A DNA stretch of 32,000 nucleotides from assembly GCF_009557235.1 (NCBI RefSeq), contig NZ_CP045650.1, positions 1,380,001-1,412,000 of the forward strand. Direction: 5' to 3'. Source of the stretch: Acinetobacter wanghuae (lineage in GTDB: Bacteria; Pseudomonadota; Gammaproteobacteria; Pseudomonadales; Moraxellaceae). Below the pieces are notes generated by a model. That model was given only the letters and a program-made list of their open reading frames with translations, had not been told where the DNA came from and ran no database searches. A program made the position numbers and the translations under genes. Positions 16,915 to 25,714 of this stretch are shown here, one piece after another (the first letter of the stretch is position 1; the number at the start of each line of letters is the position of its first letter).

Positions 16915-17634
16915 TTAAATTATTTTTCGAGCTAGATTTAAAGTCTCATTTTGCAGGGCTTGCTGTTCTAATTTTTGTAAAAAATGTGCAAAACCCTGCT
17001 CAACACGTGAACTTAAACGGCTACTGGTTTGCACACGTACTTTATTCGACCAAATGATATTTAAGCCTTGCTGTTCGGCACGTTGCACTAAATCCACATC
17101 TTCATGACAAGGCATTGCTTTAAAGCCACCTAAACTTTGATACGTCTTAGCGCTAAAACTTAAATTTGCGCCATGAATATGTCGATGATGCATTTTATCT
17201 TGATAATGCTGCTCATAGCTTTGACGTGTATACGCACTTAAATGTTGCCATGCATTTAATTCGACAATACCACAAATCATATCGGCTAAAGGCGTCAGTA
17301 GCATCGTATTAAACCAATGGGTAGAAACCATTGAGTCAGCATCGGTACAACACAGCCAATCACACTCTTGCGCAATTAATGCCTGAATGCCCAAATGCCG
17401 ACTTTTACCTACACAAGCATAATCACATTCAAGATAGTCAATCTCCAAGTTCTTTACCTTATCTAAGGTTTGATCTGTACAACAATCTAAAACTACCAAT
17501 ACCTGAATTTCGGGTAAATCATCTACATGATGATATTTCGATACATTCAATTTCGCTTGAGCAATTGCGTGCAAACAATTTTCGATATCATCTTGTTCAT
17601 TACATGCAGGAATAACGACACCAATTTTCTTCAT
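16915..17634 (-). CDS. Glycosyltransferase family 2 (small, soluble, 239 aa)
   Basis: N-terminal VVIPACNEQDDIENCL and DxD-like CTDADS. Its ATG overlaps the preceding stop (ATGA at 17631-17634). Confidence 0.85.
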   Translation of the reverse strand: MKKIGVVIPACNEQDDIENCLHAIAQAKLNVSKYHHVDDLPEIQVLVVLDCCTDQTLDKVKNLEIDYLECDYACVGKSRHLGIQALIAQECDWLCCTDADSMVSTHWFNTMLLTPLADMICGIVELNAWQHLSAYTRQSYEQHYQDKMHHRHIHGANLSFSAKTYQSLGGFKAMPCHEDVDLVQRAEQQGLNIIWSNKVRVQTSSRLSSRVEQGFAHFLQKLEQQALQNETLNLARKII

Positions 17635-18248
17635 ATGAGTCCCTCTTCATCCGCAATAGAGGTTTGAGTCTGACGCCATACATCTAACAAAAAATCTGCG
17701 TCTCCTAATTGCAGATAATGCGGATAGCTTAACTTTTCTTTCAGTAAGGTATGTACCGCTTGCCCATTCATTTCAAAATGTTGAATGGGCTGAAGCCAAT
17801 GACAGGCTAATATTGACCCATTTGGATTTAACGCGGTATTTAACCATTCAATCACCTGTAAAAGTGAAGTCTGATCTAAGTAATACAGCACCTCACTTAA
17901 TACGATCAGATCAAATTTTTGCTGTGGCAGGTCTTGCGGGATAATGCCTTGAATGACTTCTACATGACGATGCTGTTGTAAACGCTGTTTAGCCAATGAA
18001 ACCGCTATCTGATTGGCATCTAGACAGTATAATTTTTGGCATCGTGCTGCGAGTTGCTCACTTAACACGCCATTGCTACAACCCATCTCAATCGCATTAC
18101 TGAATTGAGCATTCGGTAAAACTGCTAACGTTATGTTACGTTTACGTTGCTCATACCAACGTTGTTCATATTGCCATGGGTCACCTTCATTCACCGCATA
18201 CAAGGCATCAAAATAATCATGATCGTAATTTGATTTGTTAGTCTCCAT
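17631..18248 (-). CDS. SAM-dependent methyltransferase, NodS-like
   Basis: SAM motif I IEMGCSNGVLS, acidic motif II CLDAN, and LIVLSEVLYYL. 11-nt overlap with the upstream gene. Confidence 0.85.
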   Translation of the reverse strand: METNKSNYDHDYFDALYAVNEGDPWQYEQRWYEQRKRNITLAVLPNAQFSNAIEMGCSNGVLSEQLAARCQKLYCLDANQIAVSLAKQRLQQHRHVEVIQGIIPQDLPQQKFDLIVLSEVLYYLDQTSLLQVIEWLNTALNPNGSILACHWLQPIQHFEMNGQAVHTLLKEKLSYPHYLQLGDADFLLDVWRQTQTSIADEEGLI

Positions 18249-19023
18249 GAAGATAAACCTCCCATGGCTGTAACAATCGATCTAAGGTGGTTTTCGATAA
18301 AATCGCTGCTTGCCCAGTACTTGGATCTGGCATAAGCTGACTTTCAAAACAAGCTGTAGCTAATGCCTTGCGCTCTAATTGTTCAGGGCTAAGGGTTAAT
18401 TTAAGTGCATTATCCCAAGGAATACGTGCATCTTGTGGTTTCGCCCAATGCCATGCCCAAATCAAGACCTGTAAATATGATAATGATAAGGTTTGCGCAA
18501 TTTGTCTTACCACCTGACCACATGCCTCATGATCAGGATGACCATCTTTTTCAAAAGTTGTGATTAAGACATCATGAGGTTTTAAATGACTGCAAAGTTT
18601 TTCTTCCAAAGATCGTTTTTGACTATAAATTTCCCCATCTGGAATACCCAGCTCAATGCGTTGAATATTGTGCTGAAGCCCTAAGCTTTTTAGTGCAGCT
18701 AAGCTTTCATACGGTCGCACTTTATTTAATTGATGTCGGCTATATATGTCAGAATTTGGATGGCTCGCGGTTCCGTTGGTGACTGCAAAGAGAATAATCT
18801 CAAGACCCAATGCATCAAGTTGTTGAATTAACCCTGCACAACCTAAAATTTCATCATCAGGATGAGGTGCAATTAGACAAACACGACTATTTTTTGCAAA
18901 AAACGAATGTGGCTCAAAAGCGTTCAATTCATTTAAGAAAGAACCATTCTGCCAAAGATCGACAGATGTACCCTCACCATAAATGAGTCTATCACCCACA
19001 AGAGGATGATCTATAGTATCCAT
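18238..19023 (-). CDS. LmbE / PIG-L family N-acetylglucosaminyl deacetylase
   Basis: APHPDDEILGCAG and GHPDHEACG zinc-binding motifs. 13-nt overlap with the upstream gene. Confidence 0.88.
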   Translation of the reverse strand: MDTIDHPLVGDRLIYGEGTSVDLWQNGSFLNELNAFEPHSFFAKNSRVCLIAPHPDDEILGCAGLIQQLDALGLEIILFAVTNGTASHPNSDIYSRHQLNKVRPYESLAALKSLGLQHNIQRIELGIPDGEIYSQKRSLEEKLCSHLKPHDVLITTFEKDGHPDHEACGQVVRQIAQTLSLSYLQVLIWAWHWAKPQDARIPWDNALKLTLSPEQLERKALATACFESQLMPDPSTGQAAILSKTTLDRLLQPWEVYLHGD

Positions 19024-20012
19024 ATACCATGCTCCTGCAATGCTAATTCACCAATTCGTTCTAAATCAAAAGCCGCATGACTTTGTCGAATAAATACGGG
19101 GAGATCCGCAGCCAATTGCGCAAAATTTGCATGATTACAATACGGCGCCGCACCTAATGCTTTGCCTGTGAGCTCTAATACTTTTAATACGGTATTTTCG
19201 ACATTCGCTCTTAACGCTCGAATCTGTAATTCATGTGTTTTTTCAGGTTCAGCATCTATCAACTGCGCTGTTTGATAAAAAAGTGCTTGTGTAGCGAACA
19301 TATGGGACGTCATTTCACCCAAATACATGTATTTATAGGCGTGAGGCTTATGTACTGTTGCCTCGTGTAGATATTGTGCTAAACGTTGTGCTGCACCAAA
19401 CCAACATGCGGCAACGCCAGCTGCACCATGCCAAAATCCTGCACGTGTTAAATAAAGATTGGGTTCACCTATCAGTTCAATTGGGACATGATCAAATTGG
19501 AGTTGAGCCGTATGTGTATGCTGCATTCCAACAGCGTGCCAATCATTGAATTGTTGTTGAATACCAGACTCAGCCAAATGAACCATCAGTAATTGTGAGT
19601 TTTGCTTTGCGTCTCGATAAGTCATGACTGCATGATTGACCCAATCGGCAGCGGAACACCAATTTTTTACACCAGAGACATGTCCATCTTGTAATGTTAA
19701 AGGTGGCGAAGCGCCTTCTGCTGCCCAAACTGCCCACAACTCATGCTTAGCCGTTTCAAAGGCATGACCCGTTTCATTTAATATGGCTAATGCATCTAAA
19801 TGTGACTCAAAAATTTTGGCAAGGCTTAAATTAATGCCAGCGACTCGGCTTAATATTTGCCAACGCTTTAGCGTATTCCCTTGTGCGGGATATGGAATTT
19901 CATCTGAATATGGGATGAGTTCAAATAATGCGTCATGAATGTTTTGTTCTAAATCTGATGCACGAGCATCCCAATCACGAGATAACTGTTCAAGAACCAA
20001 ATCAAGATCCAT
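19011..20012 (-). CDS. Acyl-CoA dehydrogenase-fold protein (short, atypical)
   Basis: GVKNWCSAADWVNHAVM resembles the ACAD GxKxWITN..AD segment. The C-terminal helical domain aligns loosely. The canonical …IYEGT… region reads FIRQSH. 333 aa. Confidence 0.7.
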   Translation of the reverse strand: MDLDLVLEQLSRDWDARASDLEQNIHDALFELIPYSDEIPYPAQGNTLKRWQILSRVAGINLSLAKIFESHLDALAILNETGHAFETAKHELWAVWAAEGASPPLTLQDGHVSGVKNWCSAADWVNHAVMTYRDAKQNSQLLMVHLAESGIQQQFNDWHAVGMQHTHTAQLQFDHVPIELIGEPNLYLTRAGFWHGAAGVAACWFGAAQRLAQYLHEATVHKPHAYKYMYLGEMTSHMFATQALFYQTAQLIDAEPEKTHELQIRALRANVENTVLKVLELTGKALGAAPYCNHANFAQLAADLPVFIRQSHAAFDLERIGELALQEHGIWIL

Positions 20013-20103
20013 CTTGGCTCCTCTTCTATTATTGTTAAGTCGGTTGTTTATTCATCTATATTGAAGAAAAATTGGTTTTTTAAATGTTCTATTTTGTCAA
20101 TAA

Positions 20104-20143
20104 ATTGAAAAGCCACGAAACAATCTGAACTGTTCCGTAGCTT
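20104..20143 (-). terminator. Rho-independent terminator of katE
   Basis: On the minus-strand RNA, AAGCUACGGAACA pairs with UGUUUCGUGGCUU (13 bp including 2 G-U) around an 8-nt loop, followed by a U-rich tail. Confidence 0.6.
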
Positions 20144-20166
20144 AACTGGAGACGCGAATATAAAAA

Positions 20167-22293
20167 TTATGCAGGAATCGCTTCCGCTGCAGCTTCACGT
20201 GCCCAAATACGATGTAAGCGAATCAACTTTTTAAAGTGATCTTTCACCGCGCTAAAGTCTTGATCTGCCAATGTACCTTCATCTTTTACAAGATTTAAAT
20301 CATCAAGCAGTTGAGATTTATCACCTAAAAACACAATTGGTTTTAAGTGCTTATACGCTTCAAGTAAATAATGCTTGGTCACACCATCTTGAATGGCCAC
20401 ATCATAGTTATCACCATCTACAATAATCACTGCATCATAAGCAATTGAAGGTTCTGCTTTTTGCATACCATCAGATGGGACTTCGGCTTTATCTGTATTG
20501 AGTACAGGAGCAGGTTTAGGCGTTAAAATTTCGGCAACAGCACCTTCAGCTTTTGCCCAAGCCTGAATCGCATCAATATTGCTTTGATTCACATCATCAT
20601 GAACCAAGACTGCAATTTTTTTAGCTTTAATATCTTCAGGGTTAAATGCTTCTAAAGATAATTTAGCCGATGTTTGAACAGAAGCTTGTTTATTCTTTTG
20701 TGCATTTGCAGGAATTTTAATGCCCAATTGATCTGCGACTTGTTGTGCCAAATCTAGATCAATATTGCACAGTACCTCTAAGACTTCACGTTCGCGAATA
20801 TGCACTCGTTCTACTTTGCTCAGCTCAAAGACATAGGCATCGACCACATGCTTTTGCTCGTGTGGTGCGAGACTTTGGAAATATAAGCGTGCTTGGCTAA
20901 AGTGATCTGAGAACGATTCGCTACGTTGACGAATTTTATGTCCATCAATGCGTTCCTGATAACTTTCAAATCCGCCATTTTCTGCGGCAGCCGGTGTTTC
21001 AGCAGGCCAATTATTATCAATAGAATTCGGTTGATATGCAGCTTGTCCACGATGAATCGTATGCTGATGAATACCATCACGTTGATTATTATGGAATGGA
21101 CAAACAGGCTTATTGATTGGAATTTGATGGAAATTCGGTCCACCTAAACGGCTTAATTGCGTATCGGTATAAGAAAACAATCGTGCTTGTAATAATGGAT
21201 CATTGGTGAAATCAATTCCCGGCACAATATGTCCCGGACAGAATGCCACCTGTTCTGTTTCTGCAAAGAAGTTATCGATATTTCGATTTAGGACAAATTT
21301 ACCAATTGGCGTCACCGGAACAAGTTCTTCAGGAATCAGTTTTGTTGGATCGAGTAGATCAAAATCAAACTTCATCTCATCTGCTTCAGCAATCACCTGT
21401 ATTCCCAGTTCCCATTCAGGATAATTGCCCGCTTCAATGGCTTCATAAAGGTCACGACGATGGAAATCAGGATCTTTACCCGCTAACTTTTGTGCTTCGT
21501 CCCAAACTAACTGCGCACAGCCTTGTTTTGGTGTCCAATGGAACTTCACAAATACCGCTTTATTATTGGCATCAATTAAACGGAAGGTATGAACCCCAAA
21601 ACCTTGAATCGATCTTAAATTACGAGGAATCGCACGATCTGACATTGCCCACATAACGGCGTGTGCTGACTCTGGTACTAAAGAGACAAAATCCCAGAAG
21701 GTATCATGTGCAGATGCGCCCGTTGGGATTTCAGTATGTGGTTCAGGTTTTACGGCATGTACAAAGTCTGGGAATTTAATACCATCTTGGATAAAGAATA
21801 CTGGTGCGTTATTCCCTACTAGGTCGAAGTTACCTTCTTGTGTATAGAATTTAATGGCAAAACCGCGAATATCTCGAACAGTATCCGCTGAACCACGTGG
21901 TCCTTGAACTGTTGAAAAACGCACAAAAATCGGCGTTTGAACCGATGTATTGGTTAAAAAACCTGCTTTAGTAAATTTTTCATTCCCCGGATAAGCTTCA
22001 AAGTATCCATGTGCGCCCACACCACGCGCATGTACAATCCGTTCTGGAATACGCTCATGATCGAAGTGGGTAATTTTTTCACGTAAGATAAAATCTTCGA
22101 GTAATGTTGAACCACGTACACTCGATTTTAAGCTGTTCTGATTATCTGCAATCTTAACCCCATGATTGGTGGTCAGTGCCTGTTCTGAAGCATCGCTTCG
22201 ATTTAAATCAAGTTGTTTATTTTTCTCATTTATATTTTGTTTATCCAGACTATCGGTTCCTGCCACTTGGCTGGTCTGTGGATTTTTTTTCAT
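20167..22293 (-). CDS. katE: Large-subunit (HPII-type) catalase with C-terminal DJ-1/PfpI-like domain
   Basis: FDHERIPERIVHARG and RLFSYTDTQ catalase signatures, ~708 aa with a C-terminal extension. ATG 22293 is preceded by AGGA 8 nt upstream and is preferred over GTG 22311. Confidence 0.95.
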   Translation of the reverse strand: MKKNPQTSQVAGTDSLDKQNINEKNKQLDLNRSDASEQALTTNHGVKIADNQNSLKSSVRGSTLLEDFILREKITHFDHERIPERIVHARGVGAHGYFEAYPGNEKFTKAGFLTNTSVQTPIFVRFSTVQGPRGSADTVRDIRGFAIKFYTQEGNFDLVGNNAPVFFIQDGIKFPDFVHAVKPEPHTEIPTGASAHDTFWDFVSLVPESAHAVMWAMSDRAIPRNLRSIQGFGVHTFRLIDANNKAVFVKFHWTPKQGCAQLVWDEAQKLAGKDPDFHRRDLYEAIEAGNYPEWELGIQVIAEADEMKFDFDLLDPTKLIPEELVPVTPIGKFVLNRNIDNFFAETEQVAFCPGHIVPGIDFTNDPLLQARLFSYTDTQLSRLGGPNFHQIPINKPVCPFHNNQRDGIHQHTIHRGQAAYQPNSIDNNWPAETPAAAENGGFESYQERIDGHKIRQRSESFSDHFSQARLYFQSLAPHEQKHVVDAYVFELSKVERVHIREREVLEVLCNIDLDLAQQVADQLGIKIPANAQKNKQASVQTSAKLSLEAFNPEDIKAKKIAVLVHDDVNQSNIDAIQAWAKAEGAVAEILTPKPAPVLNTDKAEVPSDGMQKAEPSIAYDAVIIVDGDNYDVAIQDGVTKHYLLEAYKHLKPIVFLGDKSQLLDDLNLVKDEGTLADQDFSAVKDHFKKLIRLHRIWAREAAAEAIPA

Positions 22294-22632
22294 GATCCTA
22301 TTCCTTAACACATAAGCAGTACATTAAAATAATAAAGTGATCTCACATCGCCTAAATGCACTCAGCATACGTCTTGAAAATGCTTGAATTTTTTATTGTG
22401 CATTATGGGTAATGTTTAATAAGTACACTGATCACATTATTTTAAAACGCACCACGTCCTTGTTATTTTTTTCACTCTTTGTGTAAGTAATACGCTACTT
22501 TTTTATTTTGCGTTCATGGTCTGTATCGAAGCTGCTAATAAGTATCACGTTGGGTAAGAATCAATGTTATTTCATATGGAAAAAGACTTTTAAATCAAAT
22601 CAAAAATATATTTTACTGTATGGATTAAGAGC

Positions 22633-22842
22633 TCAGAAATGCCTTAATTTTTTTAATTGTCGAATACGTGTGACCAAGCCCAACACTTTGCGCCTTGCCA
22701 TAATCTCTTCATCACTAAATGGTAAGGTTTGTTTTAAAATGTCCATTGCTAAATCATTATTCTCAATGAGATAGCTATCGTGTTGTGGTGTCCAATTATC
22801 AAATTGAACATCGTTTGGTTTCCTCATCTGTCTATTTCTCAT
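22633..22842 (-). CDS. Small hypothetical protein (about 69-76 aa)
   Basis: Minus-strand ORF with protein-like composition (…WTPQHDSYLIENNDLAMDILKQTLPFSDEEIMARRKVLGL…). Start is either ATG 22842 or TTG 22863. It competes with an overlapping plus-strand ORF of poorer composition. Confidence 0.4.
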   Translation of the reverse strand: MRNRQMRKPNDVQFDNWTPQHDSYLIENNDLAMDILKQTLPFSDEEIMARRKVLGLVTRIRQLKKLRHF

Positions 22843-22955
22843 CGCGTATTCTTTATCTGCCAATATCTCTATGTATATTAGTCATCAGTCATGAAACGGA
22901 TGTAAATTTTCGTATAGCAGGTCTTATTAAAATAATCTTTTGAAATATCATTTTC

Positions 22956-24449
22956 CTATTCCAAGATTTCAATACTTTCTATCTTTGGTTGAGGCGCATC
23001 TAGTGACTGATAAACCTTGACTTGATTTCGCCCCTGTTGTTTAGCCCAATACAAGGCTTGATCGGCATACTGCAGCAATGCTTGTAATTCATATTTATTT
23101 TGACTGACATTGACTAAGCCAATACTGACCGTCATTTGAATCATGCCATATGCAGGCGTTTCTACTTTTAAATCAGAAATTTGCTGCCGAATACGTTCAG
23201 CAATTTTTTCGCCTTGTGATGCATCCGTATTTTGTAGAAAAATCGCAAATTCTTCACCACCGATTCGGCAAAATAAATCATTGGCGCGTAATAATGCATG
23301 TACACCGCTCGAAAATGTTTGCAATGCTAAATCACCACTGGCATGACCATAGCGATCATTGAGTGTTTTAAAATGATCAATATCAAGCATCATGATGGTG
23401 ACTGGATAGACCTGTTGGCGACTCAATAATTTACTTGCCAAATACATGAATTTACGGCGGTTTAAGGCATTGGTCAGGCTATCATGTCCTGCTAAATGCT
23501 CAATTTCACGAAATATTTTTCGATGGTATAAGTTCATCACACAAATATATAAAGTGGTAATGCCTAAAATGATTAAACCAACACGAATAGAAATCATTGG
23601 ATAAATAAAGGTATGATCGACACTGCTTAGATACATGGATGACAAACTATTGTAGAGCGTGAGACAGGTCAGCATAGTAATGATAGAGATACTAAATAAA
23701 CTATAAACCGCCGCTGCCCACATGAGGGTGGCAAGTGGATAGAACAATGCTCCCGGTGCAAAATAATAATGGGTTAAAACGCATGAAATCATTACTGCAA
23801 TAAAGGGTAAAATGATTTTTAAATCAGACCATTTAAATGCCTCAGGGTGATAGAACCACATACGCGCTAATTTTCTTAATCCGGGAAAGCTAATTAAAAT
23901 CGGTAAGATCAAAATGTAATTAAATAACTCCCCACTCCACCAGTATAGAAAATTTAATAATGGTTGCTCATGACCCAAAAAAGTATGTGGCACATAGGGC
24001 AAAACGCTCACGGCTAAACATGCACAAAAACAGCTCCCAATAATGGTAGAAAATAAAAGTGGGAATGAATTACGCATGAATTTCTTATTATTCACAAAGG
24101 TTTGATTTTTATAGAAGTATAGATAAAAATACAGTGCAACTAAGACGGAAATAAAATTAATCACGGTGAGCGATAGTGTGAGTAAAAAGGTGTTACCGAT
24201 GAATAAATCTGCACCTATATAGCCCAATGCAGCACCGATGATTGATGAGATATTCCGAAAAAAAGGATAACGAATCAATACGCCTAACAAAATTGCATTT
24301 GCAGGCCAAAAAAATGCCGAATAAGACAATGGACGGGTAAAGATACCAAACCAAGCTGCCGCCAAAATAGTGAAAAAAATAACGATAAAGCTTAAGCTAT
24401 AACGGTATTGGGAGAGTTTTTGAATCATTTGGTTCACAGTGTCACTCAA
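22956..24449 (-). CDS. Diguanylate cyclase: polytopic membrane N-terminal sensor (MASE1-like) + GGDEF domain
   Basis: About 320 aa of multiple TM helices followed by a GGDEF domain with active-site RIGGEEF. An RxxD I-site (RAND) lies five residues upstream. Confidence 0.9.
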   Translation of the reverse strand: MSDTVNQMIQKLSQYRYSLSFIVIFFTILAAAWFGIFTRPLSYSAFFWPANAILLGVLIRYPFFRNISSIIGAALGYIGADLFIGNTFLLTLSLTVINFISVLVALYFYLYFYKNQTFVNNKKFMRNSFPLLFSTIIGSCFCACLAVSVLPYVPHTFLGHEQPLLNFLYWWSGELFNYILILPILISFPGLRKLARMWFYHPEAFKWSDLKIILPFIAVMISCVLTHYYFAPGALFYPLATLMWAAAVYSLFSISIITMLTCLTLYNSLSSMYLSSVDHTFIYPMISIRVGLIILGITTLYICVMNLYHRKIFREIEHLAGHDSLTNALNRRKFMYLASKLLSRQQVYPVTIMMLDIDHFKTLNDRYGHASGDLALQTFSSGVHALLRANDLFCRIGGEEFAIFLQNTDASQGEKIAERIRQQISDLKVETPAYGMIQMTVSIGLVNVSQNKYELQALLQYADQALYWAKQQGRNQVKVYQSLDAPQPKIESIEILE

Positions 24450-24536
24450 TATTTATTGTGATGAAGTACACATAATTTAAAAATTATTTGAAATGAATTC
24501 TGTGTGTATTTTATACATATTATAATTTTTAGATAT

Positions 24537-24587
24537 AGCCTAGATCAGTTTTTATGTTCTTTAACTCAATCAACGCTGATCTAGGCT
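24537..24587. repeat. Perfect 12-bp inverted repeat with 27-nt spacer
   Basis: AGCCTAGATCAG (24537-24548) and CTGATCTAGGCT (24576-24587). Lies 10 nt downstream of the czcD stop and about 90 nt upstream of the diguanylate cyclase start. Confidence 0.6.
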
Positions 24588-24597
24588 TGATACAAAC

Positions 24598-25521
24598 TCA
24601 ATGATGATGATCTGTATGCGCATGATTAGACTCATGTAAATGACAATGATCCTCTTCAATTTGCAAAGTAATATCGGTAATGTGATGTTTGTTGGATAGC
24701 AATGTAACAGCCTGTTGATACAACTGTTTTTGTGGGACTTTAGGTGCTATTAAATGTGCCGTAAGATGAACATTTTGAGAACTAATCGCCCAGACTTTCA
24801 GTTGATGAATGCCCTCTACGCCCTCTAATGCCAACAAATCTTGTCTTAAAACCTCGATATCAATCTCATCAGGTACACCTTCTAACAAGATGTTAATACT
24901 TTGCTTAAGTAGCAGCCATGTGCGTGGTAATACCCAAAAACCGATCAACACAGCAATCACGGTGTCGACCCACATCCATTGGGTAAAATAAATCACGGCT
25001 CCGCCAATAATCACGCCAACCGAACCGAGCGCATCACTCAGAACCTCTAAATACGCGCCTTTCATATTTAGACTGTCTTGGGCACTTGAAACCAAAATAC
25101 GCATCGAAATTAAATTGATAATTAAACCAATCGCTGCCACGATCATCATGCCTATACTTTGAATATCAGGCGGCTGACTTAAACGTTGATAAGCTTCATA
25201 AAGAATATAGATGGCGACCATAAACAACATGGATGCGTTAAAAAGTGCTGCGAGGATTTCAAAACGTTGATAGCCAAAGGTTCTTTTATTGTCGGCAGGT
25301 TTTTTACCGATTTTAATGGCAGCAAGTGCAATCGCTAAGGCGGCTGCATCGGTAAACATATGCGCCGCATCTGAAAGTAGCGCTAAACTTTGTGTGATAA
25401 ATCCTGCAATGACTTCTACAATTAAAAAACTGAGTGTGAGCCCCAAGGCAAACATCAACTTTTTACTGTTTTGTTCTGTGACGACTGCATGACTATGCTC
25501 ATGCGAATGATTTCCTGACAT
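24598..25521 (-). CDS. czcD: Cation diffusion facilitator (Zn/Co/Cd efflux), CzcD/ZitB-like
   Basis: Six TMs, HxxxD-type motifs (SDAAHMFTD, SDALGS), and His-rich N- and C-termini (HSHEHSH, HESNHAHTDHHH). Confidence 0.9.
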   Translation of the reverse strand: MSGNHSHEHSHAVVTEQNSKKLMFALGLTLSFLIVEVIAGFITQSLALLSDAAHMFTDAAALAIALAAIKIGKKPADNKRTFGYQRFEILAALFNASMLFMVAIYILYEAYQRLSQPPDIQSIGMMIVAAIGLIINLISMRILVSSAQDSLNMKGAYLEVLSDALGSVGVIIGGAVIYFTQWMWVDTVIAVLIGFWVLPRTWLLLKQSINILLEGVPDEIDIEVLRQDLLALEGVEGIHQLKVWAISSQNVHLTAHLIAPKVPQKQLYQQAVTLLSNKHHITDITLQIEEDHCHLHESNHAHTDHHH

Positions 25522-25634
25522 CAGTTCATGGAGACCTTAGCTGCTGATTGTCTAATTAGTACAATAAGTTAGTTTGGATGATCAAGATGAGATCTGAATC
25601 AATTATGTAAGTTCAAACAGCTTTCATCAGCATG

Positions 25635-25670
25635 AAAAAATCCTCAATAGACCTAAGACCTATTGAGGAT
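25635..25670 (-). terminator. Rho-independent terminator of the desaturase operon
   Basis: ATCCTCAATAG / CTATTGAGGAT 11-bp stem with a 9-nt loop, followed on the minus strand by TTTTTT. Confidence 0.8.
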
Positions 25671-25714
25671 GACTTCAACTTAAATAGACACGTTTTAAAT
25701 TGAATAGATAGCGC

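Noticed and set aside
20820-21656. ORFs 20820..21143(-), 20926..21147(+), 21203..21424(+) and 21243..21656(+) within katE
   Set aside because: All lie inside the catalase CDS in alternative frames or on the opposite strand. None has independent support.
22508-22774. 88-aa plus-strand ORF overlapping the small minus-strand ORF upstream of katE
   Set aside because: It needs a non-ATG start and is rich in Lys/Ile/Phe/Cys with poor composition. The opposite-strand ORF looks more protein-like, though even that one is only moderately supported.
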